Positions 47,981 to 58,045 of a stretch of 64,000 nucleotides of DNA are shown here, one piece after another (positions within the stretch are counted from its first letter, which is position 1; each line of letters begins with the position of its first letter). Below the pieces are notes generated by a model. It was not told where the DNA came from, did not search any database, and was given only the letters and a program-made list of their open reading frames with translations. This DNA is from Bacteriovoracia bacterium (lineage in GTDB: Bacteria; Bdellovibrionota; UBA1018; JBFWNL01), in the NCBI GenBank assembly GCA_050251055.1, contig JBFWNL010000001.1:715825-779824 (forward strand). Direction: 5' to 3'. The position numbers and the translations under genes were made by a program.

Positions 47981-49327
47981 ATGAGCGCGCCGATTCCACC
48001 AAACCCCACGCCTACGCCTCGGCACAAAGCCATCGTCGAGAGCTTCCGCGAATCGTGGCCCGGGCTTCACAAGGACGCCCGGGTGGAAATCTTTCGCCGC
48101 CTCACCCGCCTCGAAGCCGAAGACCTGTTTCTCAGCCTAGCCGCCAACGACCAAGCCGAGATCTTCCACGACATGCCCGAGAGCGAACGCCGCTCGTGGT
48201 TACGCATGCTCGAGCCCGACGACGCGGCCGATCTCATCCAACAACTCCCACCCGATGAGCGCGACCAGGCATTCAAGCTGCTCGACGTATCCGCCCGCAA
48301 CGAAGTTTCGGCGCTGATGGCCTACGAAGAAGACGCCGCGGGCGGTCTCATGAACCCCCGTTTCGCGCGCCTACGGCCGGAAATGCGGGTGGACGAAGCG
48401 ATCTCTTACCTACGCGCCCAGGCCAAGAGCCAGGTGGAAAATCTGTATACCGCCTATGTGCTAGACTCCCAGCAGCATTTGATGGGAGTGGTTTCGTTCC
48501 GGGACCTTTTTCGAGCCTCCCCCGATAAGTCCGTGAACGAAATCATGGAAAAGCAGGTGATGAAGATCCCCGACGACATGGACCAGGAAGAGGTCAGTCG
48601 TCACTTTTCCAAGCACAACCTCACCATCATGCCCGTGGTCGATAAGGAAAATAAAATGAAGGGCGTGGTCACGATCGACGACATCGTCGGCGTCGTGCAG
48701 GAAGAGGCCACGGAGGACATCCATAAGTTAGGCGGTATGGAGGTGCTCGAAGCGCCGTACCTCAACATCGGGTTCTTTAAGATGATCCAGAAGCGGGCGG
48801 GCTGGCTGACGATCCTATTCCTGGGCGAAATGCTCACGGCCGCCGCGATGGGCTATTACGAAAAAGAAATCGAGCGCGCGGTGGTCTTGGCGCTCTTCAT
48901 TCCGCTCATTATCAGTAGCGGCGGCAACTCGGGCTCGCAAGCCACGACCCTCATTATTCGCTCGCTCGCCCTGGGCGAGGTGAAGCTGCGGGACTGGTGG
49001 CGAGTGCTGCGCCGGGAGCTGGCTTCTGGCCTTACCCTGGGGTTGATTCTAGGCGCGATCGGCCTCATGAAAATCGTCTTTTGGCCCTCGAGCGAAAAGC
49101 TTTACGGCGAACATTATAAGATGTTGGGCTGCGCCGTCGGGGCTAGCCTCCTGGGGGTGGTGCTTTGGGGTACCGTTGTGGGATCGATGCTTCCCTTCTT
49201 GCTTCGTCGACTCGGGCTAGATCCCGCTAGCGCCTCTGCCCCATTTGTCGCAACCCTCGTGGACGTGACTGGGTTAGTGATCTATTTCTCCGTGGCGAGT
49301 CTCTTTCTGCATGGGGCGATGATCTGA
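47981..49327 (+). CDS. mgtE: Magnesium transporter MgtE
   Basis: DDAAD, AGGLM, CBS pair, EEATEDI, GGNSGSQA, DPA.AS.PFVATLVDVTG. Confidence 0.96.
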   Translation: MSAPIPPNPTPTPRHKAIVESFRESWPGLHKDARVEIFRRLTRLEAEDLFLSLAANDQAEIFHDMPESERRSWLRMLEPDDAADLIQQLPPDERDQAFKLLDVSARNEVSALMAYEEDAAGGLMNPRFARLRPEMRVDEAISYLRAQAKSQVENLYTAYVLDSQQHLMGVVSFRDLFRASPDKSVNEIMEKQVMKIPDDMDQEEVSRHFSKHNLTIMPVVDKENKMKGVVTIDDIVGVVQEEATEDIHKLGGMEVLEAPYLNIGFFKMIQKRAGWLTILFLGEMLTAAAMGYYEKEIERAVVLALFIPLIISSGGNSGSQATTLIIRSLALGEVKLRDWWRVLRRELASGLTLGLILGAIGLMKIVFWPSSEKLYGEHYKMLGCAVGASLLGVVLWGTVVGSMLPFLLRRLGLDPASASAPFVATLVDVTGLVIYFSVASLFLHGAMI

Positions 49328-49418
49328 TTTCTGACTAAAATAGTCTGTTTTCAGCTAATCTCAGCCATTCGCACCCCTCTATTGACATGATGCATCGTTT
49401 AAAATACCGCTATGCGTT

Positions 49419-50960
49419 ATGGGTCTGATCTTTCGCTGGGTAGTGGTGGCGCTTGCACTAGAACTGATGCCGGTCGTGGCTTATTCGCACGACGGCACCG
49501 AACCCGCGGAACCCGCCCCCGACCGCTTAGTCGCCATCGGCGACACGCACGGTGATTTCGACACGATCATAAAACTCCTGCAAGCCCCCGCGGTGGGAAT
49601 CCTGGATAAAGACCTTCGCTGGGCGGGCCAACGCACGCACCTAGTAGTCACAGGCGACATGCTCGATCGCGGATCCCGCGGCTTTGACATCATTAAGCTC
49701 TTCATGCGGCTGGAGCGCGAAGCCGCCCGTGCCGGCGGCAAGGTGACCGTGCTTTTGGGCAATCACGAAGTGATGAACCTCACCGGCTTCTATCGCGACG
49801 TGTATCCCGACGAATACGGGCGCTTCGCTGGCGAAGAGAGCAGCGGACTCCGGCGCGAAACCACCCAGGCCCTCAAGGAATTCCTCACCACGCCTCGGCC
49901 CGAACTTGCCGAGAAGAAAATGTACGAAAAGATGTACATGGACATCGTCAAAGGCGGTGCCCCTACGAAGCGTGATGACAGCGACGACGAGGAAGGCTGG
50001 TTCGACTCCCTCGTCACCCGCGTGTTCGTCGGTCGCGCCAGCTCCAAGCAAAAACCCACTAAGGAAGAAGCCGAACGCCAGATCCAGGAAACGATTGATC
50101 GCGGCTTCGCTCGGCGCTTCCCGCCCGGCTACTTCGCACGCCACCGTCAGCTCAGCCTTCAGCACGAAATCGGCCGCTGGCTACTTTCGCGCAAGGGTAT
50201 CGCGCGCATCGGCAGCACGCTATTCATGCACGGCGGGCTCTCGCTGGAATGGTCGCGCACGCCGTTCGCTGAACTCGAGCGACGCTTCAGCGATGAGCTC
50301 GTGGAATTCAAGAACCTGGTCGCTCGTTTAGAAAAACTGGGGCTCTATCGCTCGGAGCTAGGCTACGACGTACTCAGCCAGCTCTTGAACGCCGAGCTGC
50401 GGAAGGCCGGCCCGAAACCACCCACCCTCGTCAGCCCGAGCGGCAAAGAGATTGGCGCGCCGATCGTGGTGCCCGCTCCCGAGCGTGAGGTGATCCAGAT
50501 CGCCCGCAGGATCCGCGAAATCGAAACCGGCCCTGGCTTCGACTACGGTGGCATCCTTTGGTATCGCGGTTGGGCCACCGGCTCCCAAGGCCGCAGCGAA
50601 GAAGCGCAAGTCGACGAGATGCTGGCGAATCAGAAAGCGAAGCGGATGGTCGTCGGTCACACCGTGACGCAATCCAAGCGGATTGAAGCCCGCTTTAACC
50701 AAAAAGTCTGGCTCATCGACGTGGGAATGAACCACGCCTTCTACCAGGGACAACCGGAAGCGCTCGAGATCCTCCAGGACACCGAGATCCGCGTGCTGCC
50801 GCTCGAAGGCCCGGCGTATGCCGTGGGGGAGAAACCCACCGCGCCTAAGTCGATATATTCCGCGCCCTCGAAGGAACCGGCTCGCTTACCACCGGTCGTG
50901 GTGCCACCGCCGAAGTACCCGGTGGACGACTCGCCGCCTTCGCCACACGGACGGTCATAA
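49419..50960 (+). CDS. Secreted metallophosphoesterase (Shewanella-like phosphatase, Shelph)
   Basis: Signal peptide; GDTHG, GDMLDRG, LGNHE, FMHGG, LWYRG, VVGHT, IDVG; Pro-rich tail. Confidence 0.88.
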   Translation: MGLIFRWVVVALALELMPVVAYSHDGTEPAEPAPDRLVAIGDTHGDFDTIIKLLQAPAVGILDKDLRWAGQRTHLVVTGDMLDRGSRGFDIIKLFMRLEREAARAGGKVTVLLGNHEVMNLTGFYRDVYPDEYGRFAGEESSGLRRETTQALKEFLTTPRPELAEKKMYEKMYMDIVKGGAPTKRDDSDDEEGWFDSLVTRVFVGRASSKQKPTKEEAERQIQETIDRGFARRFPPGYFARHRQLSLQHEIGRWLLSRKGIARIGSTLFMHGGLSLEWSRTPFAELERRFSDELVEFKNLVARLEKLGLYRSELGYDVLSQLLNAELRKAGPKPPTLVSPSGKEIGAPIVVPAPEREVIQIARRIREIETGPGFDYGGILWYRGWATGSQGRSEEAQVDEMLANQKAKRMVVGHTVTQSKRIEARFNQKVWLIDVGMNHAFYQGQPEALEILQDTEIRVLPLEGPAYAVGEKPTAPKSIYSAPSKEPARLPPVVVPPPKYPVDDSPPSPHGRS

Positions 50961-50994
50961 ACGGACGAGGCACATAGTTCACAGGGGTTAACAG

Positions 50995-52881
50995 ATGATT
51001 ACGGGACGGCAGAAAAGAATAACGGCATGGGTCACTTGGCTCGCGATCGCGACGACGCCGCCGTGGACCCCCGCGGTCGCGGCAAGCGACGACAACGAAC
51101 GCGTGGAGCCCTTCGCCTCGCAACCGCAAAAAGTCTATGAAGACATGGTGCTCGTGCCGGCACCGAAGCCGTTTCTAATCGACATCTTCGAAGGCAATAA
51201 AAACGGCAGCACCACCGATGACGAAAAACCCTACAACCTGCAGACCGTGGAAGCCGCGGCCGCCACTTGCGCCCAGATGGGTAAAAGATTGCCGACCCAG
51301 GCGGAATGGCTCGCCGCCGCCAGCGCCCTTGGCAAGAACAGAAAATACACCCTTGTCGGGGACAAGCTCACTCCGCCCTCCCGCGGCGAATGGGCGGTGA
51401 ATATCAAGGGCCCAGAAAGCTACGGCACGCGCGACTGGCCTAAGCTCGGCATCGACGCCATCGGCACGGTCGGCATGACGGGGAACCGCCCCGAATGGGT
51501 GTCCGACGGCCCCGCCCCCACCCAGTGCGGCGGCGGATATGAAGTGAGCGATCCCTCGGACGTGGAACTCAGCCGCATCTGTAGCACCCGAGCGGAAGGC
51601 CGCTGGCGCCGCCGCCAGCTCACCGGCACCGTCCGGTGCGTGGTGGATTACCAGCCCGGCGATCCGGTGGAAGTGCGCTACACGTCGTTCGTCAACGGCA
51701 AGCTCAAGGACTACGTGACCCAAAACACCCCGGCGGTGGTACCCGCGCCGGAGGTACTAGGACCCTACGACAAAATCAGAACCGCCTGCGAGCAGGCGGT
51801 CGCGAACCCCAACCAGGTGTCTTGGCGGGGGCCGTTAAAAGACGGCTTCGATGGCACCCAGCTTTACTACGCCTTAGTGGAAGTCGTGCACGCGAGCAAT
51901 CCGCTCGGCATCCGCTACTTCGACTGCCGTTATTTCGGCGCCACGGGCGTGCGTAAACTTCCTCGCAACCACGACCCCATGGCTTTCATGCAGGTCACCC
52001 TGAACGCGAAAACCTGGGACGCCTGGCTGCAAATCCCGATATTCCGGGATCACTCGTACGGGGACTGGATCGATTTCGAGCGGGAGATCCTCGAGTCCCT
52101 GAGCTGGAAAGGCCTGCAGCTCCCCGCCGAGTACCGCGAATTCCAGCGCCTGATCGATCAGGACCTGGTTCAGGAAGCCATCTGGGAGCTCACGGACGCG
52201 GGCGATACCCAAATCTCCGCCAAGCTCCGCAAGGCCCTACGACGGGATCTGACTTCTGCGAAGATTGCTTCCGAATCGAACTTCACCGCCAACGGTGGGG
52301 TAGCAATAAAATCCAAGCTGCAGCTCGAATCTGGCTTGGCGGCGATCTTTAAGGCCCAGAACGCCGGTTACGATCACTACCCCAGCGAAGTAGCGGTATC
52401 CCTGATCGACGAGATGCTGGGGATGAATTTCGTGCCCATGGCGGTGATTCGCCAGAACTCCACCGGCGTAGAGGGCTCAGCCGCTTACTTCGTAAAGAAC
52501 GGAGATACCGCTGGCAATACCGGCCGTACCACCAAGATCTCTATGCTCGTCGTGCTCGATAACCTGATCAATAACCCGGATCGGCACCAGGGGAATTACA
52601 TGTGGATCGACCACATCCAAAAACAAATTGCCATCGACCACAACCGCGCGTTCGAGGTCTACCGGGAATACAGCGCCTATGCGTACGGAACTATCACCTC
52701 CATCCCTAGCCGGGATCTGCATCAGCGACTGAAGGACCTGACCCCCGAGATCATCGACAGCCGCTTCGCGACCCTTCTGCCTTCGGCTTTTCGGGAGCGC
52801 TTCAAAGCGAATCGCACGCAGGTTTTGGCTACGTTCGATGCCTTAGTGCAAAGAAACGGCAGTCGCGCTTACGAGAAGTGA
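50995..52881 (+). CDS. Secreted protein: FGE-sulfatase-like domain + PI4K-II/Fam20-like kinase domain
   Basis: Probable signal peptide; A...C...GKRLPT.AEW..AA and MTGN..EWV; C-terminal AIFK, EVAV..ID..LG...VP, D..INN.DRH.GN, AIDHN.AF. Confidence 0.75.
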   Translation: MITGRQKRITAWVTWLAIATTPPWTPAVAASDDNERVEPFASQPQKVYEDMVLVPAPKPFLIDIFEGNKNGSTTDDEKPYNLQTVEAAAATCAQMGKRLPTQAEWLAAASALGKNRKYTLVGDKLTPPSRGEWAVNIKGPESYGTRDWPKLGIDAIGTVGMTGNRPEWVSDGPAPTQCGGGYEVSDPSDVELSRICSTRAEGRWRRRQLTGTVRCVVDYQPGDPVEVRYTSFVNGKLKDYVTQNTPAVVPAPEVLGPYDKIRTACEQAVANPNQVSWRGPLKDGFDGTQLYYALVEVVHASNPLGIRYFDCRYFGATGVRKLPRNHDPMAFMQVTLNAKTWDAWLQIPIFRDHSYGDWIDFEREILESLSWKGLQLPAEYREFQRLIDQDLVQEAIWELTDAGDTQISAKLRKALRRDLTSAKIASESNFTANGGVAIKSKLQLESGLAAIFKAQNAGYDHYPSEVAVSLIDEMLGMNFVPMAVIRQNSTGVEGSAAYFVKNGDTAGNTGRTTKISMLVVLDNLINNPDRHQGNYMWIDHIQKQIAIDHNRAFEVYREYSAYAYGTITSIPSRDLHQRLKDLTPEIIDSRFATLLPSAFRERFKANRTQVLATFDALVQRNGSRAYEK

Positions 52882-52970
52882 ACTTTCCGGTTCCTGGCCA
52901 GGCGTCTAAAACTTGCGCAGCTTTACATTCATAAATACTTATAAGCCGTTGTTATTAATGGATAATCATC

Positions 52971-52986
52971 TGGTTCAAGTCTTGCT
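52971..52986 (+). promoter_or_regulatory. Candidate sigma54 (-24/-12) promoter
   Basis: TGGTTCAAGTCTTGCT has correct GG-N10-GC spacing, 18 nt before ATG 53005, after an AT-rich tract. Confidence 0.45.
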
Positions 52987-53004
52987 CTAACTCTGGGTGG
53001 GTTT

Positions 53005-55779
53005 ATGGCCTCTTGGATGACGACCGTGTGGTCGAAGATTCAGTTCGGTGTTTTTACGGCGGTGCTATTTGTAGCGGCAGGCACCGACGCGCGTGCGGCA
53101 GGAGACCTCACCGATAAAGAAATCCAAACCCTCCGAAGCGAAATCCAAACCCTGCTGCAAAAACGCCCTCCGCCGAACGGAAAGGCATTGGCGGAAGCCC
53201 TGGACGCCCTTTACGTCCCAAAATACATGAAACTTACCCAGCCGGAGTTCAACTCGGTGCTAGGCGCGCTCGCGATCGAAGAGCTCACCCGGCAGCTCGA
53301 AGACATCGACGGTCGTTATCTGAAATTTCTCCGGGCGGGGACCCAGCGAGAGCTCCATGAGGTCATGGCCCGGATCGAAGCCTTTGGACAAGCCGTGGAT
53401 TTACGCCTCCCCCTCCCCACTCATCGTTACCTGCGAAGCGGGCGACCGGAGCGCTTCTGTCGCCTCACCCTGCGACTGCTCCCTTCCTCACTCTCACCTG
53501 CCCACGAGTTGCGGGTGATGGAAACGCTCGTAGTCACCCACCAGCTCACCCGTCATGATGGGGGATGGACCGCGGATGGGGTCGAAAAACTCTTGCAGCA
53601 GGTCCACGCGAGCTTGCGCCGGGCCTACTGGGCGTCGTGGCGCCCTTTCCTAGCCAACGAGGCGAATCGCCCGAGCGCGCTTCGGTCCCGGGCATTTCCC
53701 GTAGGCTCGGCCATGCTGATCCACGATCACGATGCATCGGAGTTACTCGATTGGCAGGTGGGTTGGACGGGCAACGATACCGCCGTCAAGGCCCGTCAGG
53801 AAGTGCAAGCAGCCGCCGAAAGCTTGGTGCACGCGCTGGGCAGTCCCGCGATCATACGGCACCCGCGAATCGTGTCTTTGCTTCAGGACGTGGCTCGCCT
53901 GCGGGATAACGCCGGGGTCACGGCCGAAGAACTGCTAGGCCAGATCCTCGCCCCCATGGACGCCCGAGACGTGCTGGCAATCGAAAGAAAATTTGCTCCT
54001 GGGCTGACCCAAGATTTGAATTGGATGTCCCAACGCGCGCTCCGGCGCCTCACCCAGGCCGACGGCGTCGCGCCAGCGCCTCCCCTCGCGCCCGAGCACG
54101 CAATTCTAACCGCTGGCCTAAAATGGCACGCCAAGAAACGGCTCAACGAGGACGAACTCGCGCTCTACCAGGCCCTCCGCGGCCAGGGCGACGACCCGAT
54201 CGCGGCCCTAAACAAGCATTTAGGGTATTTAGGTAACTTCCGGCACCGCCAGTTCGCGATACTCGAAGCAGGCCTTTACTCGGCCAGGCCCCAGGTGGAA
54301 ACCGAGGCCGAAGGACTCGCCTTCGCCGACTTCTTAGCCAACCAGCGCGACATAAAATTAGGCGATCCCGCCCGCCCGGGGGCCTTCAGCGTCGCTGCCA
54401 ACGAAGCGTTGATTCGTCGAGTCTGGTGCCCCGAGGATTGGGGGATTACCGAAATCGACACCGAAGGGGGCCGGGCGAAATACGCCACGATCCTAATGCG
54501 GCTTCGCCGGGTACAGTTCCTGCTCCCCCACGCGGAAGATGCCTTGCGGGCAAAGATTGGGTACGAAGATCCAGAGGTGTTCAACGAACTCCTGAAAAGC
54601 GCCGAATTTCGCGCCGAGCTTGCCACCACGATCCGCGCGATGGCCACGGGATTCGCAATTTCTCGCGCCGAAATGCTGGCCGTGTTGGACCGCCCGGAAA
54701 TCCAGGCCCTCGTCTTTAAGGACGAAAAATCCCAGGCCTGGTTTGCCGCCCTGAACCAGAATGCCGTGGCTAACCCACTTCCCGTGCTGGAGCCGGAGGA
54801 TGCTTTCTGGGTATGGATGCCGTTTTTTTGGGAACGGGCGCAGTCGGCCGAGCAACGCGCGCGCTTGGTGAAGTTCACTACCGGGCGCCTTCGCTGGCAA
54901 CACTACCGCCCGAACAAACAACACTGGGTTCGGTACCTCGAGAGTACGCCCACTTTGCTCCACCCCCAAACCGCCGATCCGGTCCGGGTGCTCGCGGACT
55001 TACAGATCCTGAGCAGCATGAGCTACTTCAACGAACCGCTAGAAGAACTAGCGTTACGGCACCTGCCCAGCCTCGTTTGGCTACGATTCCATCACCCGCT
55101 CGTGGAAGCTCGTACCATCGTGAGAAAAATCCTGGACAAGGCGCTCATCGACGAAGCCTATGCGCCCGCCGGTATCGATCTTGGCCGATACGAGACCGAG
55201 CGGCTGGAGGAGCTGGATCGCCTGACCGAGCTTGACGAGGTCATCCGCTTTAACCCCCGATCGGCGCGGGAGCGCCAGAAATGGGAAACCGCGGTCCTCG
55301 CGCGCGCCGAAAAATTTCGCGAAAGCGGCCACTACTGGTTCTTGAAGTTCATCGCTCGCCCCGAACCTGCCCAAGCCTCGGATAGTCCCGCCGTGAAAAA
55401 ATTCATCGGCAGCTTGCTGGCGAAGATTGGTGACTTTGAATCGTTCCTCGGGATCGACGGCGACCCAAAAAATCCGAGTTCCCTAAAAATTGATCTGAGT
55501 GGCTCCGGTACTTATAGGAGCCTGAATGCGACGAAGGTACTGACTCTGCTCATAGATTTCGCCAACGACGAAGCCTTCCATGCGGAAGAGCTACTGGCTT
55601 ACGTAAAAAAGCACGAAGAGATCCTCCTCTACATTGCGGCCGATCCGACGCTTTCCCCACCCAATCTCGGGGAAGCCCTCGAAAAACTGGGGCTCACCCT
55701 CCGGCCGGCTGATCTAAAGCAAGTCCAGCAGAAGCTACAAGAAGAGCAAAACTACCGCGACGCCTGCGAGCGCGACTAA
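53005..55779 (+). CDS. Large secreted hypothetical protein (924 aa, helical)
   Basis: Long ORF, signal peptide ending ARA, no recognisable motif. Confidence 0.75.
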   Translation: MASWMTTVWSKIQFGVFTAVLFVAAGTDARAAGDLTDKEIQTLRSEIQTLLQKRPPPNGKALAEALDALYVPKYMKLTQPEFNSVLGALAIEELTRQLEDIDGRYLKFLRAGTQRELHEVMARIEAFGQAVDLRLPLPTHRYLRSGRPERFCRLTLRLLPSSLSPAHELRVMETLVVTHQLTRHDGGWTADGVEKLLQQVHASLRRAYWASWRPFLANEANRPSALRSRAFPVGSAMLIHDHDASELLDWQVGWTGNDTAVKARQEVQAAAESLVHALGSPAIIRHPRIVSLLQDVARLRDNAGVTAEELLGQILAPMDARDVLAIERKFAPGLTQDLNWMSQRALRRLTQADGVAPAPPLAPEHAILTAGLKWHAKKRLNEDELALYQALRGQGDDPIAALNKHLGYLGNFRHRQFAILEAGLYSARPQVETEAEGLAFADFLANQRDIKLGDPARPGAFSVAANEALIRRVWCPEDWGITEIDTEGGRAKYATILMRLRRVQFLLPHAEDALRAKIGYEDPEVFNELLKSAEFRAELATTIRAMATGFAISRAEMLAVLDRPEIQALVFKDEKSQAWFAALNQNAVANPLPVLEPEDAFWVWMPFFWERAQSAEQRARLVKFTTGRLRWQHYRPNKQHWVRYLESTPTLLHPQTADPVRVLADLQILSSMSYFNEPLEELALRHLPSLVWLRFHHPLVEARTIVRKILDKALIDEAYAPAGIDLGRYETERLEELDRLTELDEVIRFNPRSARERQKWETAVLARAEKFRESGHYWFLKFIARPEPAQASDSPAVKKFIGSLLAKIGDFESFLGIDGDPKNPSSLKIDLSGSGTYRSLNATKVLTLLIDFANDEAFHAEELLAYVKKHEEILLYIAADPTLSPPNLGEALEKLGLTLRPADLKQVQQKLQEEQNYRDACERD

Positions 55780-57695
55780 GGGCGTCCGAAGGTGGTTTTT
55801 CCCGGTACCCGATGCACGGCCGTGGTCGGCATGCGTTCGCGTCGGTCATTCCCCACGCCTTCGTACTCCCAGCGCAAGGAGCCTAGGTTTTGGGGCGAAG
55901 GCACGGTCTTCGCGTCAGTCACGAGCAGCTTGTAGCCGAAATCCCAGCCCAGCGGCAGGCTGATCGAGCCCACCCACTTACCGCCGAAGATTTCCTCGCG
56001 GTAAGTGAAGAGTTCCACCGCGCCGCCCTGATTAGCATTGAGCTGGGGCACCCAAGCCCAAACGCGCTGACCATCGCCGAACTTCGCCGGCACCCCTTCG
56101 GCCGATAGAATCAGGGAAGCCTTCGCTCCCGGCTGCCATTTCGAGCTCTCGCTCGCGGCGCAGGCGGTGACCTGCCCCATGAGGGCGTTCAGGCACGTCG
56201 TGTGCTTCACGACGAAATCCAGATCGTCCTTCCAACCCGGGTGTTCGGGATCTTGGCGATACCGATAGACAAAGAGCTCGGACATTACTTCTCGCAGGTA
56301 AATCGAAGCCACGTCGCGATTCTTGATCACGAGCAGGTTCTCGTCGTTCTTGGTCATGGCGCCAGCCGACCAGTTGGCCGAACCGTTGACGAGCACCAAT
56401 CCCTTCGGCGTACCGATCACCGCGAACTTGTTATGCACGCATCCGTAAGCGGTGGTGATCTCGTTCTTCAAGATGGTGAGTGATTTATCACTCACGCCCG
56501 CTTCCTCGCCGCGCGTAACGCCCAGCTCGGCGAGTTTTCCCAGCTGCTGCTGGAAGTTTGGATCGGCTTCCCGACCCGCGTCGAAGAAGACCCGCAGGCG
56601 CACGCCCGCTTTTTTCATCTGAATGAGCGTGTCCGTGAGGCGGGTGTTGGTAATGAAATTAGTGGAGATATACGCGAACGATCTCGCGGGTTCCGCCAAG
56701 GTCGCGGACAACTGCTGCGCGATTGCGCCTTCGACATCGTCTTCCGGGCTAAAGTAAGCAGCGACCTCCTGGTTTTCCTGCGCCTTCAGCTGGTCGGGCC
56801 GGGCCTGGGCGGTGGAGGTCCCGTCCACAAAGCGCTCGCGCTTCCCCACCTGCTCGGCCAGCTGCACGTAACGGGCGTCGTTCACGCACTCGGCAAGATT
56901 CTTGAGCCGGCTTTGGTTGAATTGATTGAGCACGCCCATTCCGGGCATGGTTTTCTTCGGGTCTTTGGGATCGACCTGAACCGTTAGCTTCTGGCAGCCC
57001 GGTTGTGCGGTCACGACCGTCTTCGGTAAGCCTCCCGTGGTAACGTATTCGGTAAAACCAGCGTCCCACTTTTCGTTGCCGGTGCCGCACGCTGCGGTAG
57101 GGGTGGCAAAGAGCGCGCAGGCGATCTGCGAAACGTCGCGTAGCTCATCAAGCTCATCGGAAAATTTTTGGATCGTCTGCGCGTCGCGAATCGCGAGCAC
57201 GTTTTCGTAGTTCGCCACCAACCCCGAGTAGGTGAAGTTGGCCGAGCCCATCAGCAAGATCTCGCCATCAATAATGATGATCTTATTGTGCATCTGAGGA
57301 TTTCCGCCTCGCATCACCGGAATGAGGTGGCGCGTGACGTTTGGCTGAGATGCTAGCGCGCCGTAAACTGGCGAAACGTCGCCCGAGCTCGCCCGCGCGT
57401 GGTCGAAGTCGAGCAGAAACTCAATCTTCACTCCGCGCTTGGCGGCGGACTTCAGGATTTCCGAGAAATGCCGCACGTCCATGTTGTAGGTCGCGATGCG
57501 GATGGATTTCTTGGCGTTCGCTAAGTAATGGCCGACCGCCTGAATGGGCATGTCCGCCGGAGCGAAATAAGCGCAGTACTTGCTGCTGGCGGTGCAAGTA
57601 CCCGCGAAGTGCGCAGGCAAGGGCGCGGCCATCGCCGACGTTACGAATGAAAACCCAATCGAGGCCAACCCAGCGAGAGGAAAACGGTAGTTCAT
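55776..57695 (-). CDS. Secreted phospholipase D superfamily protein with CBM20-like C-terminal domain
   Basis: Signal peptide ending AMA; HNKIIIID..GSANFT and HNKFAVIG..GSANWS; tail W.....LP.G..F.YK...WE..G.GNDR. Confidence 0.85.
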   Translation of the reverse strand: MNYRFPLAGLASIGFSFVTSAMAAPLPAHFAGTCTASSKYCAYFAPADMPIQAVGHYLANAKKSIRIATYNMDVRHFSEILKSAAKRGVKIEFLLDFDHARASSGDVSPVYGALASQPNVTRHLIPVMRGGNPQMHNKIIIIDGEILLMGSANFTYSGLVANYENVLAIRDAQTIQKFSDELDELRDVSQIACALFATPTAACGTGNEKWDAGFTEYVTTGGLPKTVVTAQPGCQKLTVQVDPKDPKKTMPGMGVLNQFNQSRLKNLAECVNDARYVQLAEQVGKRERFVDGTSTAQARPDQLKAQENQEVAAYFSPEDDVEGAIAQQLSATLAEPARSFAYISTNFITNTRLTDTLIQMKKAGVRLRVFFDAGREADPNFQQQLGKLAELGVTRGEEAGVSDKSLTILKNEITTAYGCVHNKFAVIGTPKGLVLVNGSANWSAGAMTKNDENLLVIKNRDVASIYLREVMSELFVYRYRQDPEHPGWKDDLDFVVKHTTCLNALMGQVTACAASESSKWQPGAKASLILSAEGVPAKFGDGQRVWAWVPQLNANQGGAVELFTYREEIFGGKWVGSISLPLGWDFGYKLLVTDAKTVPSPQNLGSLRWEYEGVGNDRRERMPTTAVHRVPGKTTFGRP

Positions 57696-57805
57696 GCGTC
57701 GGAGATACCCGAGAATTCAAAATAACGCAATGCATTGATATTTCTTCCTTTTTGCCCCTATCCTCCTGAAATAAAGAGAAAATAACGACTCGCTTGCGGG
57801 TACGG

Positions 57806-57834
57806 TTGACGCGAGAGAACACCCGCGATAACTA
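57806..57834 (+). promoter_or_regulatory. Sigma70 promoter for tRNA-Val
   Basis: TTGACG-17 nt-TAACTA, 25 nt upstream of the tRNA. Confidence 0.55.
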
Positions 57835-57859
57835 GACCTCGCCGATTCATTTTTAATGT

Positions 57860-57934
57860 TGGAGTGTAGCTCAGCGGCAGAGCACGCCCTTCACACGGGC
57901 GGGGTCGTAGGTTCAATCCCTATCACTCCAACCA
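57860..57934 (+). tRNA. tRNA-Val (anticodon CAC)
   Basis: Acceptor TGGAGTG/CACTCCA, D-arm GCTC/GAGC, anticodon stem CGCCC/GGGCG with loop TTCACAC, T-loop TTCAATC, encoded CCA. Confidence 0.96.
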
Positions 57935-58045
57935 TTTTTCCCCTCCCCTCAGAAAACGCCTAGAAAACGGATTCCCTTCTCGATATCCCCGGAAATTAGC
58001 GGCTTTTTATGGATCCTGAGAAAATCAGCTCAGGGGAACCGAAAA

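Noticed and set aside
57860-57934. tRNA as a prophage or island attachment site
   Set aside because: No integrase and no duplicated tRNA 3' end noticed in the window
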